A stretch of 64,000 bases of DNA from an uncultured Alphaproteobacteria bacterium. Lineage in GTDB: Bacteria > Pseudomonadota > Alphaproteobacteria > Reyranellales > Reyranellaceae. Location of the stretch: positions 48,130 to 112,129 of the forward strand of contig CAWCPC010000007.1 of the NCBI GenBank assembly GCA_963797365.1, read 5' to 3'. The number at the start of each line of letters is the position of its first letter. Position 1 is the stretch's first letter. The position numbers and the translations under genes are program-made. Under the pieces are notes generated by a model. That model did no database searches and was not told the origin of the DNA. It saw nothing but the letters and a program-made list of their open reading frames with translations. Positions 29,240-38,615 of the stretch are shown here, piece after piece.

Positions 29240-30394
29240 ATGACCGCACGCCTCAGCAACCTGCCCCCGACCAGGATCGAAAAGCTCGAGACGTTCCTGA
29301 TCGAGCGCTGGTGCCTGCTGCGCATCCATTGCGAGGACGGCACGGTCGGTACCGGCGAGGCAGGCGTGCACGGCTGGCCACGGCCGACCGCCGCCATGAT
29401 CGACGAGATGAAGTCCTATCTCGTGGGGCGCGACCCCTCGACGATTGAGCATCACGCGCAGGCGCTGCAGCGGCACTCGCACTTCATGGGCGCGCTGGTC
29501 GGCGGCGCCATTTCGGCGATCGACATCGCGCTCTGGGACATCAAGGCGAAGCGCTACGGCGTGCCAATCTACGAGCTGATGGGCGGCAAGACGCGCGACC
29601 GCGTGCGCTGCTACATGCACGCAAAGGGCAACACACTCGACGAGCTGGTGGCCGATGCCGTCGCCAAGAAGCGCCAGGGCTTCACGGCGATCCGCTTCTC
29701 GCCTTTTGCGCCCGACTATCATCGGCGCAAATCCTTCGAGGAATGGGTGACCGAGGCCGAGCGCCGCGTCGGCGCGGTGCACGAGGCACTCCAGGGCAAC
29801 GCCGACATCTGCATCGAGCTACACCGCCAGATGAACCCGGCCGAATCGATTGCGCTCGGACAGCGCCTGCAAAAATTCCATCCGTACTTCTATGAAGACC
29901 CGATGCTGCCCGACAGTCCGGCGATGATGGGCGACGTGCAGGCGCGGAGCGGGTTGCCAGTGGCGACGGGGGAGCGCTTCTCGTCGATCTTCCAGTTCCA
30001 GGAGCTTCTGGCGCACAACGGCTGCGCCTATGTCCGGCCCGACGTCTGCCTCTGCATGGGGCTCACCGGTAGCAAGAAGGTGGCGGCGATGGCCGAGGCG
30101 CACCACGTCAAGGTGATCCCGCACAATCCTTTGTCCCCGATCTCGACGGCGGCCTGCGTGCAGCTCGACGCCTGCATCCCGAACTTCGCGCTGCAGGAAT
30201 ACACGGGCGAGTCGGATCCGCCCAAGCGCGACATGGTCGTGCAGCCACTGGTGTTGACGGATGGTTACCTCGAGGTACCGGATGCGCCCGGCCTCGGCAT
30301 CGAGTTGAACGATACCGCCCTGGCGCGGCTCAGGCTGCGCGAGGTCGTGACCGAGCCGCCGATCGGACGGGATGGGTCGGTGCAGGATTGGTGA
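29240..30394 (+). CDS. enolase-superfamily dehydratase (D-galactonate dehydratase family)
   Basis: GTGEAGVHGW...IDIALWDIKAK...YELMGGK resembles DgoD-type MR/MLE proteins. Confidence 0.88.
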   Translation: MTARLSNLPPTRIEKLETFLIERWCLLRIHCEDGTVGTGEAGVHGWPRPTAAMIDEMKSYLVGRDPSTIEHHAQALQRHSHFMGALVGGAISAIDIALWDIKAKRYGVPIYELMGGKTRDRVRCYMHAKGNTLDELVADAVAKKRQGFTAIRFSPFAPDYHRRKSFEEWVTEAERRVGAVHEALQGNADICIELHRQMNPAESIALGQRLQKFHPYFYEDPMLPDSPAMMGDVQARSGLPVATGERFSSIFQFQELLAHNGCAYVRPDVCLCMGLTGSKKVAAMAEAHHVKVIPHNPLSPISTAACVQLDACIPNFALQEYTGESDPPKRDMVVQPLVLTDGYLEVPDAPGLGIELNDTALARLRLREVVTEPPIGRDGSVQDW

Positions 30395-30523
30395 CAAGTG
30401 CGGTGAGGGTTTGCCTCAGACCAAACTCTGATCTCCGCGGGACTTGCCCTGAGCGGTCAAGAGGGTGATCACCAGCAGTCTTCCGACTATCATGGGCGGA
30501 GGCGGGGAAGAGGGAGCGCGACC

Positions 30524-31720
30524 ATGGACCAGGCCTTGTCAGGCGTCCGCATCATCGACATGACGCACAACCAGGCGGGCCCCGCCTGTACGCAGATTCT
30601 CGGCTTCCTCGGTGCCGACGTGATCAAGCTCGAGGAGCCCAAGGGCGGCGACATTGCGCGGGTGAACATGCGCGACCAGAAGGATAGTGACAGCCTGTTC
30701 TTCCTGATCCTCAACGCCAACAAGCGCAGCCTGACGCTGAATCTCAAGACTGACACCGGCAAGGATCTGTTCCGGAAGGTGATCGCCCAGTCGGACGTGC
30801 TGGTGGAGAATTTTGGGCCGGGCGCGCTCGATCGCCTCGGGTTCGGCTACGCAGCCCTGGCCAAGATCAACCCGCGACTTATCTACGCCACCATCAAGGG
30901 CTTCGGCACCTACGGGCCATACAGCGGATTCAAGAGCTTCGAGCCGGTCGCCCAGGCCATGGGCGGGGCGATGAGCGTCACCGGCTTCCCCGAAAATCCG
31001 CCGACCTACGTCTATCCGGCGATCGGGGATTCCGGCACCGGAATGCACATGGCGATCGGCATTTTGGCAGCGCTGCAGCAGCGCCATGCGACTGGCCGCG
31101 GCCAGCACGTCGAGGTGTCCATGCAAGACGCGGTCGTCAACCTGGTGCGGGTGAGCCTGCGCGACCACCAGCGCTTCGGCCATCCGATTCCGCGCACCGG
31201 CAATCAACTCGGGCGCAACGTGCCTGGCACAACCTACCCCTGCGCGCCGGGCGGCCCGAATGACTACGTCTACCTTTACGCACAGCCGCAGATGTGGCCG
31301 GCGGTGGCGAAAGTGCTGGGGCAGCCGGAGTTGACCGAGGATGCGCGCTTCAAGACCGTGGAAGCGCGGTGGGACAATCGGACAGAACTCAACGCTATCA
31401 TCGAGGCGTGGACGCGCCGGCGCAGCAAGCACGAAGTCATGCGTCTGATGGGGGATGCGGGCGTTCCCTGCGGCGCCTGCCAGGACACCGGCGAGGTGCT
31501 GGCCGATCCCCATCTCAGGGCGCGCGAGATGATCGTTGACGTGGATTACCCAACCCGCGGCACCTATCAGACGGTCGGCTGCCCGATCAAACTGTCGGAT
31601 TCACCCGTCGCAGTCAGCCGTCCGCCACTGCTGGGCGAGCACACCGACGTACTGCTTGAATCTCTGTGCGGGGTCGAGCCCGATGAGGCGAAACGCCTAC
31701 GCCAGGAGGGGGTCGTCTAG
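30524..31720 (+). CDS. family III CoA-transferase, formyl-CoA transferase (Frc)-like
   Basis: Collinear with Frc motifs as I recall them: IIDMTHNQAGPACTQILGFLGADVIKLE, IGDSGTGMH (catalytic Asp context), PLLGEHTD. Confidence 0.88.
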   Translation: MDQALSGVRIIDMTHNQAGPACTQILGFLGADVIKLEEPKGGDIARVNMRDQKDSDSLFFLILNANKRSLTLNLKTDTGKDLFRKVIAQSDVLVENFGPGALDRLGFGYAALAKINPRLIYATIKGFGTYGPYSGFKSFEPVAQAMGGAMSVTGFPENPPTYVYPAIGDSGTGMHMAIGILAALQQRHATGRGQHVEVSMQDAVVNLVRVSLRDHQRFGHPIPRTGNQLGRNVPGTTYPCAPGGPNDYVYLYAQPQMWPAVAKVLGQPELTEDARFKTVEARWDNRTELNAIIEAWTRRRSKHEVMRLMGDAGVPCGACQDTGEVLADPHLRAREMIVDVDYPTRGTYQTVGCPIKLSDSPVAVSRPPLLGEHTDVLLESLCGVEPDEAKRLRQEGVV

Positions 31721-32094
31721 CAGGTTCGCGTTGCGCGGCACTAATTATCCAGAAGTGCCGCTAACAAGCGGCGCAACTCTGCCGTTGCTCATCCACTTCG
31801 CTTGCGTGCGCCTTTCGCTGGTCCGCCAATAGATGAGGCGCTTGCCCCTCCCTAACCACGCCCGCTTCAGCCCCGCCTCGATCAATTGCCGCACCGCCTC
31901 GCTACGGCCGACGCCGCTAGCATCGTCCTATCGATGCCAGAGCAAGTGCACGGGCGGTGACCATCGCTAGAATTGGCACACTCGCGCTCGGATAGCCGAC
32001 ATAAACGACTAAGCCGTGTGGACAAATTTGATGCAGATTTGGGCCTGCGTCCCGGATTTCGCTTCGTACATCCGGGCTGCCGTCGATTGTCCCG

Positions 32095-32855
32095 CTATTT
32101 CGTCGCGACATTCACGCCCTTGAGTCCCTTCGCGCCGATTGCTTTCTGCACCACGCCGGTCTGCTTTGCTTCGTCTAAGAGTGTCGCAAGCGCAGCCTGC
32201 GCCGCGGCAGAGCGTCCTTTCGGCAGCGCCGCCGCCACGCGAACCATTGCAAAAGCGCCCGGTACGATCTTGGCGCCAAGCAGGCCCTCGGCGGCAGGAT
32301 ACCCAACGCCAGAGTCCGCCCCAAAGACGTCCGCCTTGCCGGAGTGGAGCAGGTCTGCTGCGTCAGCCGCTATGGTCGGGCTCAGCGGAATACGGACGAT
32401 CTCGGCGGCCTTGATCTCCCGCGTTAGCACGCGGTCGGACGGAGCCCCGCGGATCGTGCCAATCTTCACACTGCCTTGTCGACCGAAGCGATATCGGGAA
32501 ATTCCTTTCCCGGCGCCGCGACATAGACAAGACTGATGACCCAAAGAGCCGCTGTGGAGTCCGCCTTGTCTGCGGGGGCAAGGACGCGCGGCCCGATGGC
32601 GATGTCCCATTCACCCTTGCCGAAGCTTTGTAGATAGGCCTCGGGGTTCGGATACATCATTGGTTCGACGGCCACACCGAGCTTCTGTCCGATGAACCTC
32701 GCGACGGGCTCTGCCACGCCGCCGAGCACCGAGATGGAAATCATGCCAACGCGCAGCTTTCCGCCGGGCGCGATCTCCGACGCGGGCGCCGTCTGCCCGA
32801 ATGCCACGCCAGCCAAGCCCGCCACCAATGCAATCGAGAGAAAAAGCCTTCTCAT
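32095..32855 (-). pseudogene. periplasmic solute-binding protein (family 3-like), frameshifted
   Basis: The signal peptide plus N-half (ORF 32466..32900 frame) continues in ORF 32095..32610 after a 1-nt shift near 32471. Confidence 0.7.
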
Positions 32856-33024
32856 GTGCCGCTCCCCAGAAAGGAAATGGATCACAATCCTACAACCCAT
32901 GATGACGAAACAAACTGGCCAGCACTAATTTGCGACGCAGATTTACGTAGCACTTATTTTGCTAGCCGACGTCAGCAGGATATCTGCTTCGGGGTCATGA
33001 GCCGACATTGCAGCCAGGCGGCGT

Positions 33025-33055
33025 CATGTCGGCTTTGCCCCCAATAACGGACATG
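33025..33055. repeat. REP-like palindrome (catgtcgg...cggacatg)
   Basis: Inverted repeat whose translation gives the MSALPP motif. Related copies at 37434-37503. Confidence 0.5.
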
Positions 33056-33081
33056 CTTCCAGCCCTTTCTGAGCTGTTGCT

Positions 33082-34635
33082 TTATTCCGGCAGCCCGGCT
33101 GCGCCGAGCATTTCGCCCAGGGCGGTGGCAAGCTGCGGTGCGCAATCTACTCCGGAGAATTGCCGACCGTACCGAAATGCCGGATGCAACTCCAAAACAC
33201 GCCCCGCCGCCGCCTTCGCTTCTTCCAGCCGCCCGACCTTTGCCAGCATCGCCGCTAGGAGCACGTAGTTGATGCTGTGGCCAGGATTGGATTGTACGGC
33301 CTTGTAGGCGGCATGAACTGCCGGCTCATAATGCCCGAGCAGGAAATGCCCCAGCGCGAAAGAGCCGAAAGCGGCAAAAGCCCACGGATCGAACGGGCTC
33401 AGGCGCATACCTCGCTCCGCCCAGTCAATGGCGCGTTCCGCCCGTCCGGCCCAACTGAGAATGACGCTGCCGAGAATGTAGGTGAGAGCTGTTGAGGGGC
33501 TGATCGCCGACGCGGCCTCGAGGGCGGCGAAGGCGGCGGCGCGATCGTGTGCGTCCATGCCGATGGAAAACCCCGCGAAGGTCAAAGCGAGGGCGTCATC
33601 CTGTCCATTTGCGATTGCCGCTTGAGCATGGCGAATCGAAGCTGCTCTATCTTCTTCACGCAGTCCAGCGCGCAGAAAGCGATTGTGATAGCCCATCGCG
33701 GCAAAACCGTGCGCCAGTGCATAGGCGGGATCGAGGGCAAGTGCATTTTCCAGAAGCACCAGAGCCCTTGCCGAACGCTCGGGCATGCCGGAGTAAATGT
33801 CGGGCTGGGCCTGCAACACGAGATCGTATGCGTCGAGGCTATCGGGCCGCTTGCGCTTGACGCGCGCCACTTCCGCTTGGCGCAAGCTTGGTTCGATCGC
33901 GCCTACCACCGACAAGGCGATTTCGTCCTGAAGGGCAAAAATGTCGTCGAACTTGCGATCGTAGCGTTCAGTCCAGACGTGCATTCCCGTCACGGCGTCG
34001 ACCAGCTGCACGTTGATGCGCACGCGATCCGATACCTTGCGCACGCTGCCCTCGAGTACGTAACGCACGCCAAGCTCGCGCCCGACCTGCTTTATGTCGA
34101 CCGTCCGGCCGCGATAGGCAAAACTCGAGTTGCGTGCGATGACGAAGAGCCACTTGATGCGCGATAAGCCGGTAATGATGTCGTCGACAACGCCATCAGC
34201 GAAATACCCCTGCTCAGGGTCGCCACTCAAATTCGAAAACGGCAGCACGGCGACAGAGGGAGTATCCGGCAGGGCCAGAGCAGGCGATATTTGCGGGGCT
34301 GGCTCGGCATTGGGATCACTGCTCGCGACCGTCGGCCCGACGTAGCGGTAGCCACGTCGCGGCAAGGTCTCGATCCAGCCTTCGGCTCCGGCCTCCGCCG
34401 CCAAAACTCGACGCAACGCCGCAATCTGGACCGTCAGGTTGCTTTCCTCGACGGCAAGCCCCGGCCAAGCAGCGTCGATCAATGCATCTTTGGAAACAGG
34501 CGTTCCCGGCTGCGTAAGAAGCACCCGAAGCAGCGCAACGGCACGTTGACCCAGCATTGCCGGTTCGGCACCGAGAAACAATATTCCGGCGTCCGGGTCT
34601 AGGCGAAACGGGCCGAACTGGCAGATGGTTGCCAT
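33082..34635 (-). CDS. winged-helix (OmpR/CadC-type) transcriptional regulator with C-terminal TPR region
   Basis: N-terminal FGPFRLDP...LTQPGTPVSKDALIDAAW...PRRGYRY trans_reg_C motif, followed by TPR-like repeats. Confidence 0.8.
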   Translation of the reverse strand: MATICQFGPFRLDPDAGILFLGAEPAMLGQRAVALLRVLLTQPGTPVSKDALIDAAWPGLAVEESNLTVQIAALRRVLAAEAGAEGWIETLPRRGYRYVGPTVASSDPNAEPAPQISPALALPDTPSVAVLPFSNLSGDPEQGYFADGVVDDIITGLSRIKWLFVIARNSSFAYRGRTVDIKQVGRELGVRYVLEGSVRKVSDRVRINVQLVDAVTGMHVWTERYDRKFDDIFALQDEIALSVVGAIEPSLRQAEVARVKRKRPDSLDAYDLVLQAQPDIYSGMPERSARALVLLENALALDPAYALAHGFAAMGYHNRFLRAGLREEDRAASIRHAQAAIANGQDDALALTFAGFSIGMDAHDRAAAFAALEAASAISPSTALTYILGSVILSWAGRAERAIDWAERGMRLSPFDPWAFAAFGSFALGHFLLGHYEPAVHAAYKAVQSNPGHSINYVLLAAMLAKVGRLEEAKAAAGRVLELHPAFRYGRQFSGVDCAPQLATALGEMLGAAGLPE

Positions 34636-34751
34636 CGATCAAGTGGGCATCATTCGGAATTATTTTGCAATGTTTTCGGGACGGCTTCAGGACCTCCGAC
34701 ATAGACAAAGCCATGGTTGAAGCGCTGCTGAGCATGGCAACGAGCTAAACC

Positions 34752-35222
34752 ATGGAGGAGCGTATGAACGGCAAAGCAGTTATTCGAATGCCGGGTGAGG
34801 CCAAGGAGGTTGTGCTCTCGGGTCACCCAATGACATTTCTTGTGACCGCGGAAAATACCAAGCACACGTCCATGTTTGACTGGACGATGCCACCACGGTT
34901 CTCGACTGGCCTGCACGTCCATCGGACTCAGGAGGAAACCTTCTATGTGCTGGATGGCGAGTGCGAGTGGCAGGTCGGCGACCGCCGGATTCGCGCCACG
35001 CCTGGTACGTTCCTCTTCATCCCTCCTGGCGTACCCCACAACATTGCTAATGCGACCGATAAGCCGGCGCGCGTGCTCATGACCGTGTCGCCGCCCGGTC
35101 ACGAAAACTATTTCGAGGAACTTGCGAAAGCCGTTACGCAGGACGGCCCGCCGAACGCCAAGGCGATCGCCGAATTGAGGAGTCGCTACGACACAGACCA
35201 ACTATCGAGTCTAACGAACTAG
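34752..35222 (+). CDS. cupin-domain protein
   Basis: GLHVHRTQEETFYVLDGE...PPGVPHNIAN cupin motifs 1 and 2. ATG 34764 is the alternative start. Confidence 0.8.
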   Translation: MEERMNGKAVIRMPGEAKEVVLSGHPMTFLVTAENTKHTSMFDWTMPPRFSTGLHVHRTQEETFYVLDGECEWQVGDRRIRATPGTFLFIPPGVPHNIANATDKPARVLMTVSPPGHENYFEELAKAVTQDGPPNAKAIAELRSRYDTDQLSSLTN

Positions 35223-35330
35223 CAAACGTTTTGGTGACCGCCGTCCTCAGCGTGCATGGTGGTCCTCGATGTCGCCTAGGGTCAACAACGGACATCGAAT
35301 CCTTTCAATCGTTATCGCGTCGAAACGCGG

Positions 35331-36380
35331 TCACGGCGGCGGCAACCGGAGAGTTGCAAGGTCGGTGCCCACGATGGTCTTTCCGGTGAACCCGCTTGCC
35401 TCGACCGCTTTGCGATAGTCTGTTTCTGTCAAAGGTCCACCCGGAACGTCCCAGCGATTGTGCCGCGCGGTGCCGAGCGACGGAGCAAGATGGGTCAGCA
35501 TGAGGTACTTCGCGCCCGCGCGCCGCGCCATCGCCCCGAGATCGGTGGCTAGGCTCTGCCGATAGAAGGTCGGCGCCGGAAAACCGCTGCCGCGGTCCGG
35601 CCCCAGCACAGGATGTATCGTCGAATGCACGATGACATCGGCCCCTTTTGCAAGCCGCTCGACCTGGTCCGACGTCGAGTGAGTTCGCGGCGGAGCCGGC
35701 GTATCGTTGCTCGCGTCGCCTCCGATCACGACGCTGCCGGCCGGGGTGTCCACCCGATAGGATGCGTGCCCCGCAATGTGTGTGGAGCGGATTGCGCTGA
35801 CTTTGACATCGCCGGACGCCCAAACCAGTTGTGGTTCCTCCTTTGGCTCGAAGTTCAGCACATTGGCCAATTCGGCCGGCCCTCCGGCAAGGCGGGTACG
35901 ATCTTCGGAGAGCCGCTCGGCTACCTCGCCTGACTGTAGAAATGCATCGGCAATGTGGGTGACATAGTTTCGGCAGCTGTTAATGGATCCGGAAGTGGAG
36001 ACGGTGTCGGCGCCGCAGACAATGTCGATCTTTGGCCCCTTGAGGTACCAGCGCAAAGCCATAACGTCGGGAAGACCTTCGGTGTGGTCGCCATGGATGT
36101 GTGTCAGAAAGATTGCGTTGAGCTGGACGGGCGTCACATTGATCTGCGATAGGCGCATGGTTGTGCCGCGCCCCGCGTCGAACTGAAGCCGTGTAGCCGC
36201 GCACGCGTTGGTGTCGTCACCGTAGCTGACGAGCGTTCCTGCGCCGGCCTGCCCGTTGAAGACGGTTGGCCCACCTTGAGTGCCGGTTAGCGTGATGACC
36301 ATGCAGGACGCAGCCCATGCGGGCATCCCCAAAATCGCAACAAGGATACCGGCTAACGCGGCGGCACAAGATCGCTTCAT
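35331..36380 (-). CDS. secreted MBL-fold metallo-hydrolase
   Basis: Signal peptide MKRSCAAALAGILVAILGMPAWA and THIHGDH zinc motif. Confidence 0.85.
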   Translation of the reverse strand: MKRSCAAALAGILVAILGMPAWAASCMVITLTGTQGGPTVFNGQAGAGTLVSYGDDTNACAATRLQFDAGRGTTMRLSQINVTPVQLNAIFLTHIHGDHTEGLPDVMALRWYLKGPKIDIVCGADTVSTSGSINSCRNYVTHIADAFLQSGEVAERLSEDRTRLAGGPAELANVLNFEPKEEPQLVWASGDVKVSAIRSTHIAGHASYRVDTPAGSVVIGGDASNDTPAPPRTHSTSDQVERLAKGADVIVHSTIHPVLGPDRGSGFPAPTFYRQSLATDLGAMARRAGAKYLMLTHLAPSLGTARHNRWDVPGGPLTETDYRKAVEASGFTGKTIVGTDLATLRLPPP

Positions 36381-36467
36381 GTCTGGGTCTCCACGGAAGC
36401 GCGACCCTAGGCCCAGCGGACATAAGAAACAAAATACATAGTGGGAGCATTAATATAATCTCAGATT

Positions 36468-37409
36468 ATGAATCTCGAGGCACGCTTGCGGGCCTTTGCG
36501 GCGTTTGCCCGGCACCGATCGTTCTCGGCGGCGGCGGCTGAACTGCAAATCAGCCAGCCTGCCGTCTCGAAGCATGTTGCCGATCTAGAGCGCGCATTGG
36601 GCCTTGGGCTTGTTGATCGCGCACGACGCAACGGCAAGCTCACGAGTACCGGCGAGTTCATTGCCAACCACATCTTGCGCGCGGAGGCCCTGCTGGCACA
36701 GGCCAGTCGCGGTGCGGCCGAACTCGGCACGAGCGGCTCAGGGTCGCTCACAATCGCCGCGTCGTGGCTGACCGGCACTTATTTGCTGCCGGATGTCATT
36801 GCCGAGTTCAAGCATGCGCATCCGGGCGTGCACGTCTCGCTGGAGCTCGGCACGGCGACACAGGCGCTCGACGCGCTGCGGTCGCATCGCGCCGAGCTGG
36901 GCTTCATCGCCAACGCCACCGGCGGAGCGGAAATCGAAGCCGAGCCTCTGTTGGAGAACGAGATTGCGGTTGTCGGGCGTCCGTCGCTCGCGCCCAAGCG
37001 GCTGTCGCGCGAAAGCCTCGAAGGCTTGACGTGGATTTCGCGGGAGGAGGGCTCGGCGACGCGCGCAGCGTCCGACCGTGCCCTGGCGCACCTTGGCATC
37101 GTACCGCTCCGACGCCTTGAACTGCCGTCTTATGAAGCGGTGCTCTCAGCCTTGAAAAAGGGCTATGGCGTCGCGGCCATCAGCCATTATGTCGTAGCCG
37201 CCGAGTTGCAAACCGGATCGCTGGCAGTCATGCGGGTTCGCGGCTGGAATGTTCGCAATGTGGTTTCCATGCTTCGGGTTCGAGACGCGTTGCTCACGCC
37301 CACGTCGGATCAATTCCAGGCTTACGTGCGCCAGCGATTCGCTGCGATCTCCCGCCAACGGCTCGCGCGGCCCGGGCGTCAGCTGACAGACGCGCGGTCG
37401 CAAAGGTAG
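36468..37409 (+). CDS. LysR-family transcriptional regulator
   Basis: HTH N-terminus FAAFARHRSFSAAAAELQISQPAVSKHV. Divergent from the MBL hydrolase gene. Confidence 0.9.
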   Translation: MNLEARLRAFAAFARHRSFSAAAAELQISQPAVSKHVADLERALGLGLVDRARRNGKLTSTGEFIANHILRAEALLAQASRGAAELGTSGSGSLTIAASWLTGTYLLPDVIAEFKHAHPGVHVSLELGTATQALDALRSHRAELGFIANATGGAEIEAEPLLENEIAVVGRPSLAPKRLSRESLEGLTWISREEGSATRAASDRALAHLGIVPLRRLELPSYEAVLSALKKGYGVAAISHYVVAAELQTGSLAVMRVRGWNVRNVVSMLRVRDALLTPTSDQFQAYVRQRFAAISRQRLARPGRQLTDARSQR

Positions 37410-37433
37410 TCCCGCGTGCTAACGGGTCCCGTT

Positions 37434-37503
37434 ATGTCCGCTTTGCTCAAAAGGGGACATTGGTCATCAGCGATCGAATGTCCGCTTTACCCCAAAAACG
37501 GAC
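37434..37503. repeat. two REP-like palindromes (atgtccgcttt...ggacat family)
   Basis: 37434-37460 and 37478-37503. Same family as 33025-33055. Confidence 0.5.
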
Positions 37504-37638
37504 GCCGTCTGAACATCTACGGTCGAGGTTCGAACCCTGGCGGTGAATAGACCGATCGGGATTCGAACCCGAAGGGGCTATTTGGATTTCAACTACGAGT
37601 AATCGCCCGAGCACATCCTTCGAGGCCTCATCGTCCTG

Positions 37639-37678
37639 CATCGCAAACGACCACTCGACCATCATGGCCCGGAGAAAA
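37639..37678 (-). repeat. module Y' (copy of 41492-41531)
   Basis: catcgcaaacgaccactcgaccatcatggcccggagaaaa versus catcgcaaccgaccactcgacaatcatgggcgggagaaaa. Confidence 0.6.
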
Positions 37679-37735
37679 TAGAGAGATTTGGCACGCCCGG
37701 GAGTGCCTGACGTTTTCTCCAGTGGTCATTCGACG

Positions 37736-37763
37736 AAAAAAGGCCCCACTGCGGGGGCTTTTC
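37736..37763. terminator. bidirectional intrinsic terminator-like hairpin
   Basis: aaaaaaGGCCCCactgcgGGGGCtttt: a GC stem flanked by an A-run and a T-run, just downstream of the decayed tRNA copy on the minus strand. Confidence 0.55.
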
Positions 37764-37803
37764 TCGCCACATACGGGACAACTACCCATGCGTGCAGACT
37801 GGC

Positions 37804-37865
37804 TGGCGGGCGGACAGTCATTCGAACCCGAGGTGGCTGTTTAACTCGCCGCCTGAGCGGCCTGG
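37804..37865 (-). pseudogene. decayed copy of the 3' half of tRNA-Ser
   Basis: attcgaacccgaggtggctgtt matches the real gene (attcgaacccgcggtggctgtt) at 21 of 22 positions. The acceptor end is degraded and the 5' half is missing. Confidence 0.65.
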
Positions 37866-37878
37866 ATTAGAAAAACTA

Positions 37879-38000
37879 GCAGTGCACTTCTAGGTAGACC
37901 TATCCGTGAAAGGACATCGCTGGGGCATGCTGGCAGCCCCCATGCCGATCGCGAGAGCCCGCAGTGACCATCACAAGCGCTTCTCTGGTGGTCCCTTTAG
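37879..38000 (-). repeat. modules X'-Z' (copy of 41394-41491 plus 41575-41595)
   Basis: gcagtgcacttc...tccgtgaaaggacatcgctgg...ctggcagcc...gatcgcgagag...ttctctggtg shared with the tRNA-proximal copy. Indels break every reading frame. Confidence 0.6.
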
Positions 38001-38079
38001 ACGCCGAGGGGCTCGACTGGTCTAACGCCGTTCGATCGCTTATTGACGGATCGTGACAATTGTTATAGTAACATTTATT

Positions 38080-38610
38080 ATGGAATGGGCTAACCGATCG
38101 CCCCCTGTGGCGGACACGGCCGATCTTGTCGCCGCTCCGTACAAGCGAGTTCCCGCCTATCTGATTCGTCGTCTGCAAATGATCTCTACCTCGATCATTG
38201 CGGAGGCATTTGAAGGCGAGGACATGTCATTGTCCGAGTGGGCTGTTTTGACGATCATCGACAATCACCCTGACGTCGATCAAAGCCGATTGGCAGAAAT
38301 CGTCAGCATCGATCGGGTCAATACCGGCCGGCTGGTCGACGAACTCGAATCGAGGGGTTTGGTCGAGAGACGTTTTGACGAAGCCGACCGCAGGGTGTGG
38401 CGATTGCGGTGTACGCGCCGCGGGCTTCAGATGCGCAAACGGCTGCTACCTCGCGCCCTTGCGAGCCAACAGAAGCTGGTCGCCTGTCTGAGCCAGCACG
38501 ACCGCGAGACCTTCGTAGAGCTCATGTTCCAGATCGTCACAGCGAATGAGGAATATATTCGCCCGGGTGCGGGCCGACGTAAGCGCAGGGCAAATCCGGA
38601 GAAGGGCTGA
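38080..38610 (+). CDS. MarR-family transcriptional regulator
   Basis: LSEWAVLTIIDNHPDVDQSRLAEIVSIDRVNTGRLVDELESRGLVER winged-helix motif. Confidence 0.85.
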   Translation: MEWANRSPPVADTADLVAAPYKRVPAYLIRRLQMISTSIIAEAFEGEDMSLSEWAVLTIIDNHPDVDQSRLAEIVSIDRVNTGRLVDELESRGLVERRFDEADRRVWRLRCTRRGLQMRKRLLPRALASQQKLVACLSQHDRETFVELMFQIVTANEEYIRPGAGRRKRRANPEKG

Positions 38611-38615
38611 GATCA

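Noticed and set aside
28391-29782. 463-aa minus-strand ORF, plus the other long overlapping ORFs in the track (for example 467..1840, 5371..6657, 12826..14106, 16719..17825, 54736..56313, 60536..61393)
   Set aside because: Each overlaps, on the opposite strand or in another frame, a gene with clear family motifs. None has motifs of its own.
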